From a virus, in the IMG/VR virus record IMGVR_UViG_3300031576_000025, positions 1 to 64,000 of that record: a stretch of 64,000 nt of DNA. One strand, 5' to 3'. The notes beneath the pieces are model-generated. The model searched no databases. It was not told the origin of the DNA and saw only the letters and a list, made by a program, of their open reading frames with translations. How positions within the stretch are numbered: position 1 is the stretch's first letter; every line of letters starts with the position of its first letter. Positions 46,772-56,164 of this stretch are shown here, in pieces. Both the position numbers and the translations under genes were made by a program.

Positions 46772-48037
46772 ATGGACGACGCGAAGAAGCTGGAAACGCT
46801 GGGCGAGATGTCGCACAGCGCGTGGTCGGGCCGCGGCACGTTGCAGCAGTTGGTGGACGAGCTGAAGCGGCAGGCGGCCAGCAAGGTGGATTTCGTGGCC
46901 GACACGCGCAGCCTGCGCGTGGACGCCGTGGCCGCGGTCCCCGCGGTGACGGAGGGCAAGAAGGTTGTCACGGTCGGGAAGCCCGGCAGCCTGCGCTTGG
47001 CCCCCGCGGACCTGCGCACGGGCGAATGGCTGCCGAAGGCGGGCCTGGGCATCCGGCCCAACGCCTTGGAGCAGCTGGGCCAGGCGCAGAACCCCGGAAT
47101 CCCCGGCGGCTTCCTAAAGGACCTGGCGGGACTTCGCCCGGCCCGCGCCGCCGACCTCCTGAACGGGCTCATGGCCGACGGCCCCAGCCGCCGGTTCATC
47201 CGCTGCCTGGACGGCAGCGTGCGCGCCGCCATGTCCGACCGCTACCGCGTGCTGGACAGCCTGGACATCGCCTTTCCCACCCTGGAAGCGGCGCGTTCCG
47301 TGGGCGCGGAGGTGCTGGAAGCCAACCTGTCGGAAACCCACATGCGCCTGAAGCTCATCTGCCGCAACGTGTGGGACGCCGTAGAAATGCGCCGCCAGCA
47401 GGGCGGCAGCTGGTACGCGGGCGGCCTGGGGAACCAGGACTACCTGCGCCACGTGTCCGCCAGGTCCGAGGGCGACCTGCCCGGCGGGCCCGGCACGGTG
47501 TACCCCGTCGTCACGGTGTCCAACAGCGAAACCGGAAACGGCGGCTTCAACGTCCGCATCGGCATCATGATGGGCATTTGCTTCAACCTGGCCACCGTCG
47601 AGGACGTGGTGGCGCGGGTCCACCTGGGCGAACGCCTGGACACCGGCATCTTCAGCGCGCAGACCATGGGCCTGGAGTCCAAGGTCATCCTCGCCAAGGC
47701 CCGGGACGCGGTGGTGGCGGCCTTCAACAAGGACGCCTTCGGCCGCATCGTGGCCGCGGCCCGCAAGGCGCAGGGGGACGCGGTGCAGGCCCCCACGGCG
47801 GCGGTGCAGAACGTGGTCAAGGCGGCCGGGCTGTCCGACAACGCCAAGGACGCCATCCTGGAGCACTTCCTGCGGGATTACGACCAGTCCCGCTTCGGGC
47901 TCGCCCAGGCCGTGTCCCGCCACGCGCAGGACACGCAGGACCCGAACACCGCGGACACGCTGGAGTCCCTGGCCGGGGACCTGCTGCGCGGCGGCAACAA
48001 GTATGCGCACGCCGCGCTGAACGCGGCGGCCAAGTAG
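46772..48037 (+). CDS. DUF932-like protein
   Basis: RAAMSDRYRVLD...VSNSETGNG...ICFNL; alternative start at 46727. Confidence 0.75.
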   Translation: MDDAKKLETLGEMSHSAWSGRGTLQQLVDELKRQAASKVDFVADTRSLRVDAVAAVPAVTEGKKVVTVGKPGSLRLAPADLRTGEWLPKAGLGIRPNALEQLGQAQNPGIPGGFLKDLAGLRPARAADLLNGLMADGPSRRFIRCLDGSVRAAMSDRYRVLDSLDIAFPTLEAARSVGAEVLEANLSETHMRLKLICRNVWDAVEMRRQQGGSWYAGGLGNQDYLRHVSARSEGDLPGGPGTVYPVVTVSNSETGNGGFNVRIGIMMGICFNLATVEDVVARVHLGERLDTGIFSAQTMGLESKVILAKARDAVVAAFNKDAFGRIVAAARKAQGDAVQAPTAAVQNVVKAAGLSDNAKDAILEHFLRDYDQSRFGLAQAVSRHAQDTQDPNTADTLESLAGDLLRGGNKYAHAALNAAAK

Positions 48038-48046
48038 CCGGGCTGG

Positions 48047-48075
48047 CGGCGGGGCCCCTAGAACGGGGCCCCGCC
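48047..48075 (+). terminator. GC hairpin after DUF932 gene
   Basis: GGCGGGGCCCC / GGGGCCCCGCC stem; no clear U tract. Confidence 0.45.
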
Positions 48076-48137
48076 TGCACAGCCGGACGCCTGCGACGGG
48101 GGGCGGGCGTCCAGCCGGGCAGGCCCAGGGGGACGAC

Positions 48138-48356
48138 ATGGCGCTCAAGGCGGGTGACGTGGTGCGCAGGGCGGCGCGGGCAGGGGACACCCTGGTGCCG
48201 TTGCTGGTGTACGGGCTGGTGGCGGACGACAGCGGCAGGCTGCGCGCGGAGTTGTTTATTCGCCTGCCGGGAGGCGCGCCCGGGTCCTGGGCCGGGTGCC
48301 TGTCGCTGCGCAGACTTCGGCCCTGGGACACCGCGAAGGACGGGCCGCTGGCATGA
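48138..48356 (+). CDS. hypothetical protein
   Basis: G-run RBS; coupled to next gene. Confidence 0.6.
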   Translation: MALKAGDVVRRAARAGDTLVPLLVYGLVADDSGRLRAELFIRLPGGAPGSWAGCLSLRRLRPWDTAKDGPLA

Positions 48357-48736
48357 AGCCGCGCACCAGGACATACGGGCCCGGGTGGGACGGGACCAGC
48401 AGAACCGAGCATTACGTCTGGCTGGACCGGGCCGGTCAGTCAACAACCTGGTCCGGCACGCGCTGGGCCATGATTCCTTTGCAGGTACGCCGCGCGCTGG
48501 TCCCGGTGCTGCCTATCCCTAATACGAACCACGGAAAGCGGCTTGTCAAGGTGGTGCTGACCGTGACCGAAGCGCGCGAGCTGCTGGGCGTTGCTGGCAA
48601 TGGCTACATGGACGGGGATTACTACCAGTTGAACAACGAAGGCCACCCGCCGACGGCAGAACAGAAGGCCGCGAACGAAGTATACAGCAGGGCGGAATCC
48701 AAGCTGCGCGCGGCCACCAACGGGACGGCACCATGA
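48353..48736 (+). CDS. hypothetical protein
   Basis: ATGA coupling on both sides. Confidence 0.6.
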   Translation: MKPRTRTYGPGWDGTSRTEHYVWLDRAGQSTTWSGTRWAMIPLQVRRALVPVLPIPNTNHGKRLVKVVLTVTEARELLGVAGNGYMDGDYYQLNNEGHPPTAEQKAANEVYSRAESKLRAATNGTAP

Positions 48737-49137
48737 GCGCAGCCACGGACGCGCTGGACCGCCTGTACAGCAAGCTGCCGCGGCTGGACTGCCAGGGCAA
48801 GTGTCAACAGTCCTGCGGCCCCATTGCCATGGGCCAGGCCGAACTCGCGCGGCTGACCAAGCGGCTGGGCTACGTGCCGCGGTGGCCGGGCGTGGTGGCG
48901 GCCGTGACGCTGGCGGTGCTGGGGGCGGAAAAGGCCCTGACCTGCCCACTGCTGGATAAGGGCACCGGGCGCTGCACCGTGTACGCCATCCGGCCCATGC
49001 TGTGCCGCCTATGGGGCCTGGTGCGCGCCATGGCGTGCCCATGGGGGTGCGTGCCTACGCGCTGGCTGACGGACGACGAGGCCACGGCGCTGCTGGGCGC
49101 GGCCAGGCGGGTGGTGCCGGACGGGGGCGGGGCGTGA
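48733..49137 (+). CDS. YkgJ-family Cys-cluster protein
   Basis: CQGKCQQSCG...CPLL...CTVYAIRPMLCRLWG. Confidence 0.85.
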   Translation: MSAATDALDRLYSKLPRLDCQGKCQQSCGPIAMGQAELARLTKRLGYVPRWPGVVAAVTLAVLGAEKALTCPLLDKGTGRCTVYAIRPMLCRLWGLVRAMACPWGCVPTRWLTDDEATALLGAARRVVPDGGGA

Positions 49138-49473
49138 CCGCCAAGCCCGAGGTGTCCTGGCTGGCCAGGCTGGTGTGCTGGTGGCGCGGGTGCAGCCGCT
49201 ACTTTATCGAGCAGCCGGACCCTGACCACTGGTGGGTCAGGTGCAGGCGGTGTGGGCGGGTAAGCTGATGGGGAAACGGCAGCGGCGGCGGCTGAGCGCG
49301 AACAGGCTGCGGCGCGGCCGGGAAGCCGTGCTGGCAGCCATGCGCGCGCCTGAACCACCGGCGGCGGTGAAGCCGGACTGTACGCTGTGCGGCAAGCCAA
49401 TGGACAGGCGGGGTGAACTTCCGTGGCACCGGCCGTGCGGGTTGGAAAACGGGGTGGAATTTTAGGGGGGCGC

Positions 49474-50352
49474 GTGGCAAAGGAACACTTCAAGGATTGG
49501 GACCCCAGCGACGGTTCGCAGGACCGTCTGGAAAAGGTGCTGGACGTGCTGGCCCAGTACGCGGGCATGGACCTGCGCATTACGCTGCGCCAGCTTTTCT
49601 ACCAGCTGGTATCCAAAAACTTCATCGCCAACAAGCAGCGCGAATACAAGAACCTTGGCGAGCTGCTGTCGCGGGCGCGGCTGGCCGGGTTGGTGGACTG
49701 GGGGGCCATCGAGGACCGCATCCGGCAGCCGGACAAGCACGCCGAATGGGCCGACATCCCCGACCTGGTGGAATCTGCCGTGTCGTCCTTCCGCCTGCCG
49801 CGCTGGTCTGACCAGGAATGCTGCGTGGAACTGTGGTGCGAAAAGGACGCGCTGACCAGCGTGCTGGAACCTATCACGAACGCGCTGCACGTCACCTTGA
49901 TGGTGAACCGCGGCTACAGCAGCCAATCGGCCATGTACGAAGCGGCGCAGCGGTGGGCGCGCTCCGCGGACGACGGCAAGAAAAACATCCTGCTGTACCT
50001 GGGGGACTTCGACCCGTCCGGGCAGGACATGGTGCGCGACGTGCGCGACCGTCTGGCCATGTTCGGGCAGGAAGTGGACGTGCGCAAGCTGGCGCTGAAC
50101 CCCGACCAGGTGGCGCGTTACGGGCTGCCGCCCAATCCGGCCAAGCTGACGGACAGCCGCGCCGCAGGATTCGTTGCGAAGCACGGCGGCAGCAGCTACG
50201 AGGTGGACGCGCTGCCGCCGGATGTGCTGGCGCAACTGGTGCGCGGGGCAATCGAGGACACCATGGACATGAAGCTGTACGCCGCCTGGCGGGCCCAGGA
50301 AAAGGTGCTGAAGGCCAAGCTGGTGGCGGTGGCGAAGGCTACGAAGTGGTGA
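49474..50352 (+). CDS. Toprim protein, Spo11/TopoVI-A/JetD-like
   Basis: TLRQLFYQL (winged-helix Tyr), WCEKDAL, RGYSS, YLGDFDPSG, EVDAL. Confidence 0.8.
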   Translation: MAKEHFKDWDPSDGSQDRLEKVLDVLAQYAGMDLRITLRQLFYQLVSKNFIANKQREYKNLGELLSRARLAGLVDWGAIEDRIRQPDKHAEWADIPDLVESAVSSFRLPRWSDQECCVELWCEKDALTSVLEPITNALHVTLMVNRGYSSQSAMYEAAQRWARSADDGKKNILLYLGDFDPSGQDMVRDVRDRLAMFGQEVDVRKLALNPDQVARYGLPPNPAKLTDSRAAGFVAKHGGSSYEVDALPPDVLAQLVRGAIEDTMDMKLYAAWRAQEKVLKAKLVAVAKATKW

Positions 50353-50570
50353 CCGACGACGGCGGCGCGCAGCCGCCACGCCAGCGGCGGCACAGCTGGC
50401 GCTACGCTAGGGTGTGGGACTCCCGCTATGGCTGCCACCGCTTGACGTGGCAGGCCACCTGCCGCGCGTGCGGACTGACCATGTGGCGCAAGCATTTGCA
50501 GGGCCGTGGGCCGGGCGAGCCATGCCCCGGGTGGGTCTAAAGACCCGGGCCGCATGGGTCCTTGTGGGCC

Positions 50571-50598
50571 TTGCGCTTTACTGGTAGAAGGCTAAACT
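50571..50598 (+). promoter_or_regulatory. promoter with operator in reverse orientation
   Basis: TTGCGC-16-TAAACT containing TTACTGGTA. Confidence 0.6.
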
Positions 50599-50639
50599 GT
50601 GGGTGTGTGGCGGGCAAGGTCCGCCGGGGGGAAGCTGGA

Positions 50640-50861
50640 ATGGACGCTATTGGCGCGGTGTTCGACGTGGTACGGAAGGACTGGCGCGCGTACTTCGGCG
50701 CGCCGGTGCGGTCCATGACGCTGCGCGCGGCGGCTTGCGCACGGGAACTGCTGTGCCCCCGGTGCAAGGTGGCCATGTCCGGGCTGACGCACGCCGGGCT
50801 GCTGGGCGCGGAATGTCGCACCTGCCGCAGCGTGTTTATTCAGCCGGTTGGGACGGCCTGA
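50640..50861 (+). CDS. small zinc-ribbon protein
   Basis: CPRCK...CRTCR; hairpin and G-run RBS upstream. Confidence 0.6.
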   Translation: MDAIGAVFDVVRKDWRAYFGAPVRSMTLRAAACARELLCPRCKVAMSGLTHAGLLGAECRTCRSVFIQPVGTA

Positions 50862-50868
50862 CGGCGGC

Positions 50869-50898
50869 TTGACTTGGGCTAGTAACCTGCTGTACCAT
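50869..50898 (+). promoter_or_regulatory. promoter of HTH gene with operator half-site
   Basis: TTGACT-18-TACCAT containing GCTAGTAA. Confidence 0.55.
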
Positions 50899-50936
50899 GG
50901 GTGCAGCGGGACAACACAAAGGACGGAGGACTGGCG

Positions 50937-51170
50937 ATGGCAAAGACGGCGAAGCACGAGTACACAACGGCGCAGCGCAAGCGCGGGAAGGAATTTCTGG
51001 ACTGGCTGAACGGCAAGGGCTGGACGCAGGATTCCTTCGCCCGCGACACCGGCATAAGCGTGGACACCATCCGCAAGTGGTGCGGCGGCACCGACCCGGA
51101 CAACATGGCCCGCATCGTCCTGCGCAACCGCTGCCCCGACTGCCCGCTGCTGGTCCAGAAGGTCGCCTAG
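50937..51170 (+). CDS. XRE/Cro-like HTH regulator
   Basis: GWTQDSFARDTGISVDTIRKW; GGAGGA RBS. Confidence 0.85.
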   Translation: MAKTAKHEYTTAQRKRGKEFLDWLNGKGWTQDSFARDTGISVDTIRKWCGGTDPDNMARIVLRNRCPDCPLLVQKVA

Positions 51171-51213
51171 ACCAAGGAACCAGTGCCGCAGTCCAGCAGC
51201 GCCACCACAGGAC

Positions 51214-51256
51214 CGGCGCGCCCGCGTGACCATAAGCGGGCGCGTACCGTTTTTTT
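51214..51256 (+). terminator. intrinsic terminator
   Basis: GCGCGCCCGC / GCGGGCGCGT stem followed by T7. Confidence 0.7.
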
Positions 51257-51289
51257 GCCACCCCTGACCAACCAAAGGAGAACCCGACA

Positions 51290-52252
51290 ATGGGCGAAGA
51301 ACTAGAGACAGCGCCGGAACAGCAATTGGAAACGGTGCCCACGGACAAGGCACCCATGACGTTCAACGAGGACCGCATCAACGCGCTGATTCACCTAGCC
51401 GAACGCAGCGAAGTGCTGGGCAAGGCGCTGGACACGCTGCGCGCGTTCGTGCTGAAGCGCGCGCTGCCCGGCGACTGGGTGAAGTTCGCGCAGGAAGGCG
51501 GGGACGCCTACCTCGAAATGGGCAGCGCCGGGGCCGACCGTATCGCCGCCGTGCTGGGGATTTCCTTCACTGGCTGGTCCAGCGAAAAGGTGCTGGGCAG
51601 CGACGACTACGGGGCCAAGTTCGATTGGTGGTACCGCTGCAACGTCCACTTCCAGGGCCGCACCATCGAAGGCATCGAAGGCCGCTGCGGCAGCCGGGAC
51701 AAGTTCTTTGGGTTCAGCCATGGGACCTGGAAAGACCTAAAGGACGTGCGCGAAACGGACATCCGCACGGCCGCCCGCCGCAACGCCATGAAGGAAGGCG
51801 TCAAGGTCATGCTGGGCATTCGGCGTCTGCCCATGCAGGACGCCATCAAGATGGGCCTGCCCGCGGACGTAATCAAGGGCCACACCTTCGCCAACAAGGC
51901 CGACCACGGCGGCACGCAGGCCGCGGCTGCCGGGGCCGCGGCGGGGTCCGGCGGCGGCAGCGCGGGGACCATGGAAGCCACCGAAGTGGTGGTGGACGTG
52001 ACGAACAAGACGGGCGGAACGCCCACGAAGCCATGGACCAAGTTCTTCATCAGGACCATGGGCGGCACCGTCTACAACACGTTCGATAAGGACTTCGCGC
52101 AGGCGGCCAAGGACGTGAAGGGCACCGGCCAGAAAGTCCTTATCAGCTTCATCGTGAACCAGTACGGCAGCGAGGTCAAGTCGCTGAAGGCCGCGCCGGA
52201 CAAGCCCGCGGGGGCCCCGGCCCAGGGCACGCTGCCGGGGACCGAAGCGTGA
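51290..52252 (+). CDS. probable ssDNA-annealing protein with C-terminal OB-like domain
   Basis: Directly upstream of the exonuclease; AAAGGAG RBS; family assigned mainly by context. Confidence 0.55.
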   Translation: MGEELETAPEQQLETVPTDKAPMTFNEDRINALIHLAERSEVLGKALDTLRAFVLKRALPGDWVKFAQEGGDAYLEMGSAGADRIAAVLGISFTGWSSEKVLGSDDYGAKFDWWYRCNVHFQGRTIEGIEGRCGSRDKFFGFSHGTWKDLKDVRETDIRTAARRNAMKEGVKVMLGIRRLPMQDAIKMGLPADVIKGHTFANKADHGGTQAAAAGAAAGSGGGSAGTMEATEVVVDVTNKTGGTPTKPWTKFFIRTMGGTVYNTFDKDFAQAAKDVKGTGQKVLISFIVNQYGSEVKSLKAAPDKPAGAPAQGTLPGTEA

Positions 52253-53283
52253 CCGACGCAGCCGCGCAGCCAGGCGCGGCAACAGAAGCCGACCCCGCCA
52301 CCACGGCGCTTTCCGTGGTGGCGGCGTTGGCGGCTGAAATCGAAACCAAGCGCAACGCCATGCTGCTGGCGACAATCACCAATCGCCCCAAGCAGAACAG
52401 CTGGGCCAGCCAGGTGTCCGCCTGCAACCGCCAAAACGTCTACAGCATCCTGAACTGGGAGGACCGGAAGCTGCACGACATACGCCTAGCGGCGCGGTTC
52501 AAGGCTGGCAACGACCAGGAAAGGATTATCCTGCGCGAACTGAACGAACTGGGCTTCGACGTTGTGGAAGGGCAGGCCACGCTGCCCACCGACATGACGG
52601 CCGCCTACCGGGTGTCCGGCCGGATTGACGGGAAGCTGCGCTACATGGGGCACCGAATCCCTTTTGAAGTGAAGTCCTGCCACCCGCGGATTTTCGCCAA
52701 GCTGGAAAGAATGTCCAACGCCGACGCGCTGGCGTTCATTTCCGCAGACCGCTACATATCCTCCCACCTTAAGCAGTTCAGCCTGTACCTGTTCGGGCAC
52801 AACGAGGAAGCGGGGCTGCTGCTGTACACGGACTGCATGGGCCATTGGAAGCTGGTCACGGTCACGCTGAACTACGCGCTGGCCGAATCCGTGCTGGACC
52901 AGCTGGACCTGGTGAAGCGGTACGTGGAGGCCAAGGAATTGCCAGACCGGATTCCTTACGACGAGGACCTGTGCGGCGGGTGCAGCTTCCTGCATATTTG
53001 CCTGCCGGACGTGGTGCGCGCGGAAACGCAGCTGGTGGACGACCCGGCCACGGTGGTTGCGCTTGACCGCCGCGCGCAGCTTTCCGCGCCCGCCGACGAA
53101 TACGAGGAACTGGACAAGGCGCTGAAGGAAAAATACCGCGGGACGACGCGGAAGATTTTGGGCGGGAAGTGGGTGGTGGAATCCAAGGAAGTGCTGGTGA
53201 AGGGCAAGCCGCAGTGGCGCACGACGTTCAAGGTTCTGGACCAGCAGGAAACGGCGGAAGCCGCGGACGCGCAGCAGGGATAG
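52249..53283 (+). CDS. Cas4-like PD-(D/E)XK exonuclease
   Basis: SACNRQ, SGRIDG...FEVKS, Q...Y, CGGCSFLHIC. Confidence 0.85.
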   Translation: MTDAAAQPGAATEADPATTALSVVAALAAEIETKRNAMLLATITNRPKQNSWASQVSACNRQNVYSILNWEDRKLHDIRLAARFKAGNDQERIILRELNELGFDVVEGQATLPTDMTAAYRVSGRIDGKLRYMGHRIPFEVKSCHPRIFAKLERMSNADALAFISADRYISSHLKQFSLYLFGHNEEAGLLLYTDCMGHWKLVTVTLNYALAESVLDQLDLVKRYVEAKELPDRIPYDEDLCGGCSFLHICLPDVVRAETQLVDDPATVVALDRRAQLSAPADEYEELDKALKEKYRGTTRKILGGKWVVESKEVLVKGKPQWRTTFKVLDQQETAEAADAQQG

Positions 53284-53373
53284 CCGCGGTCTTTCGGCGG
53301 CCTGGCCGCCAGTGGACCGCGGACGTGCGGTGGCAGCAAGGCTGCCGCCTTGGACGCAGCAACGGAGGAGTTC

Positions 53374-54105
53374 ATGTGGCAAGACAGAATAACCGTGGAA
53401 GTCGGGTACCCACGCCACCCCAAAACAATCACCCTGATTCAACGTCTTGGAAACGGTGCCGACGCCATACCCGTCCGGCTTTGGTGCTGGGCGGCCGAGT
53501 TCAAACCACAGCATGGAAAGCTGGGGAACCTGGACATGGACCCCAGCGAGGTGGAATCGCTGGTGGATTGGTGGGGGGAACCGGGGGCGTGCTTCAACGC
53601 CATGCTGGGGCTGTTCATTGACCGCAACGAGGACGGCTTCTACCTGCACGACTGGGGCGGACATCGGGGCCACGTCACGACCTACCACGAGCGCGCGAAG
53701 GTGGCGGCCAATACGCGCTGGGCGCGCCACAAAGCCATGAAGGCAGCCAAAGAAGAACGCGCCGCGGCCGGGCGCAAGGCTTCGCAGCCAGCGATAGACC
53801 TAGTGGACCGCCTGGTTGGGCTCATGCTGAAGAACGACCCCAATGCGCGCGTGCCTGGCAAACCGGCGGCATGGCAGCAGGATGCCGAAAAGCTGCTGAC
53901 GACGGACGGCCGCGGCGCGAAGGAAGCAACCGCGGTTCTGGAATGGTGCCAGCGGTCAACCTTCTGGCGCAGCAATATCCTCAGCATGGGCAAGTTCCGC
54001 GCCAAGTATTCGCAGCTATTGCTGCGGATGCAGGACGAGGGGAAGGAATCGGTAAATGGTCCCGTTGGGTCAGCAGCCCCGGTGGCGGGCAAGTATGCCA
54101 AGTGA
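53374..54105 (+). CDS. phage replication initiator protein
   Basis: HPKT..L...LWCWA...LHDW N-terminus; FWRSNILSMGKFRAKY C-terminus; precedes the loader. Confidence 0.8.
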   Translation: MWQDRITVEVGYPRHPKTITLIQRLGNGADAIPVRLWCWAAEFKPQHGKLGNLDMDPSEVESLVDWWGEPGACFNAMLGLFIDRNEDGFYLHDWGGHRGHVTTYHERAKVAANTRWARHKAMKAAKEERAAAGRKASQPAIDLVDRLVGLMLKNDPNARVPGKPAAWQQDAEKLLTTDGRGAKEATAVLEWCQRSTFWRSNILSMGKFRAKYSQLLLRMQDEGKESVNGPVGSAAPVAGKYAK

Positions 54106-54826
54106 AACCGGGGACCTGAAGGCCGCTGGGGACTGCCTCCCGGAAGATGCGCTGACGGCGCAGCCGGACGCGGTGGCGGTGGAATGCGGAGCGTGCGGCT
54201 ACCCGTTGCGGGTCGGCGTGTGCGAAAAGTGCGCCGAAGATAAGGACAAGGAACTGGCCGCGCAGCGGCAGCACATGGCCGACCTTGGCGGGCAACGTCC
54301 GTACAATTCCTTCACGCTGGACAAGTACCTGGTGACGGCGACGAACCGCGCGGTGGTTGACGCGCTGCGCGCCTTCGACCCGGCCAAGGACAACTTCTAC
54401 CTGCTTGGCCCGACCGGCACAGGGAAGTCCCACCTGGCCGTTGCCGTCGCCCGCCTGTTCTGGCCAAAGCTGCGCCCGCTGGTGCGCAAGCCCACCGAAG
54501 TGACCCGCGAAGCGCGGCCGAACGGGCGGCCGGGGACCAGCACCGAAGCCGACACGATAGGCAAGTATGCGCGCTGCCGCGTGCTGGTGCTGGACGACCT
54601 GGGCGTGGAACGGGACAGCCAATTCACCCACCAGGTCTTTTACGAAATCATCGAGGGCCGCTGCCTTGCCGAACGAAACGGCCTAATCCTGACCAGCAAC
54701 CTGGGCCTAAACGACCTGGCCAAGAAGCTGGGCGACGACCGCATAACGTCCCGATTGAACGGGCTGTGCAAGCTGCTGGACCTGACCGGGGAACCGGACA
54801 GGCGCGCGGCGTGGCAGGCGACGTGA
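54095..54826 (+). CDS. DnaC/IstB-like helicase loader ATPase
   Basis: GPTGTGKSHLA, LVLDDLG, LTSNL, DRITSRL. Confidence 0.9.
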   Translation: MPSETGDLKAAGDCLPEDALTAQPDAVAVECGACGYPLRVGVCEKCAEDKDKELAAQRQHMADLGGQRPYNSFTLDKYLVTATNRAVVDALRAFDPAKDNFYLLGPTGTGKSHLAVAVARLFWPKLRPLVRKPTEVTREARPNGRPGTSTEADTIGKYARCRVLVLDDLGVERDSQFTHQVFYEIIEGRCLAERNGLILTSNLGLNDLAKKLGDDRITSRLNGLCKLLDLTGEPDRRAAWQAT

Positions 54827-55015
54827 ATGCGGTTGCCAGCTGGATAAATCGGGACGGCAGCATGACCGTGCTGTGCATCGGCTGCGGGTTGACCGCCAAG
54901 GTTCTGAAACCAGTGCTTGACGCCATGCCGGACCAGGCCGCGCCGTTCGGGCCTGGGGAATTTGACCACGCTTGCAGGGCTGTGCTGCCAGGTTCCGGGC
55001 GGCCTGGGGGCAGCA

Positions 55016-56164
55016 ATGGGTGACCAATCCAGCATCGAATGGACGGACGCAAGCTGGATGCCGGTGCGCGGCTGCGTGCGCGTAAGCCCTGGGTGCGTGA
55101 ACTGCTATGCCGAACGCATGGCCGCCACGCGGCTGGCGCACACCGACGCCTACCGGGGGCTGGCGGCCATGACCAAGGACGGTCCACGGTGGACCGGGGA
55201 AGTGCGCCTGTCCCCGGGGGAACTGGACCAGCCTATCAGGTGGACGCGCCCGCGCAAGATTTTCGTTTGCAGCATGGCAGACCTTTTCCACAAGGACGTG
55301 CCGGACGATTACCTGGACAAAGTCTTTGCGGCGGCGGCCTTGGCCCCCCAGCACGTGTTCCAAATCTTGACCAAGCGGGCCGAACGCCTGCCGGAATACT
55401 TCAACGCGGAAGGCCGCCGGGGCGCGGTGTGCAGCGACGGCGTGGCCGCGCTGGGCTATGACGGCGAAGCACAGGAAGCCGCCTACGCCAACGTGGAAGC
55501 CGGGGGCGGGTGGCCGCCGCAGAACGTGTGGGTTGGGGTGTCGGCGGAGGACCAGGACAACGCGGTGCGACGGATTGCCCTGCTGACGCAGACCAAGGCC
55601 CAGGTGCGCTGGGTGTCCGCAGAACCGCTGCTGGGCCCGGTGGACCTGTCGCCGTGGCTGTGGGGCCCCAAGACACTTGGGCTTGGCGGCGTGCCGCGCA
55701 GCGGCCTTCTGCACTGGGTAGTGGCTGGCGGGGAATCCGGGCCCGGGTCACGACCCATGCACCCGGCCTGGGCGAAGCTGCTGCGCGACCAATGCCAGGA
55801 CGCTGGGGTGGCCTATTTCTTCAAGCAGTGGGGGGCCTGGACGCCGGAGGTTCCGAACGGCGCGCCCTACACGTCCCTGGCGCTGTTCAATCAGAATGAG
55901 AACGGGGACAAGCCCATCCTGATAAAGAACCTGGAAGCGGACAGGCGGGCTGACTGGACCGAAGGACAGGCGGACGACACGCTTATGTTCCACGCGAACA
56001 AGAAGGCCACCGGCCGTGTGCTGGAAGGACGGACCTGGGACGAATACCCGGCCATGAAGTGCATTCACTGCGCACAGCCAGCGCAGCCAGGGACGACGCT
56101 GTGCGGCCCGGCCTGCTTGTCGCAATGGCAGGCCGACCGGCGGGAGGCGGCGCGTGCTGACTAG
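55016..56164 (+). CDS. DUF5131 (phage Gp37/Gp68) family protein
   Basis: SSIEWTD.SW...GC.RVSPGC.NCYAE, FVCSMADLFH, ILTKR, SAEPLL, GGESG, FFKQWG. Confidence 0.93.
   Translation: MGDQSSIEWTDASWMPVRGCVRVSPGCVNCYAERMAATRLAHTDAYRGLAAMTKDGPRWTGEVRLSPGELDQPIRWTRPRKIFVCSMADLFHKDVPDDYLDKVFAAAALAPQHVFQILTKRAERLPEYFNAEGRRGAVCSDGVAALGYDGEAQEAAYANVEAGGGWPPQNVWVGVSAEDQDNAVRRIALLTQTKAQVRWVSAEPLLGPVDLSPWLWGPKTLGLGGVPRSGLLHWVVAGGESGPGSRPMHPAWAKLLRDQCQDAGVAYFFKQWGAWTPEVPNGAPYTSLALFNQNENGDKPILIKNLEADRRADWTEGQADDTLMFHANKKATGRVLEGRTWDEYPAMKCIHCAQPAQPGTTLCGPACLSQWQADRREAARAD

Noticed and set aside
46693-48522. 609-aa plus-strand ORF
   Set aside because: Arg/Gly/Pro-rich off-frame ORF overlapping the DUF932 gene; its start is the promoter -35 box
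52249-53283. CRISPR-associated cas4
   Set aside because: No cas1/cas2 or array; context next to an SSAP indicates a phage recombination exonuclease
54095-54826. IS21 istB / insertion sequence
   Set aside because: No IstA transposase or terminal repeats; it follows a phage initiator, so it is a helicase loader
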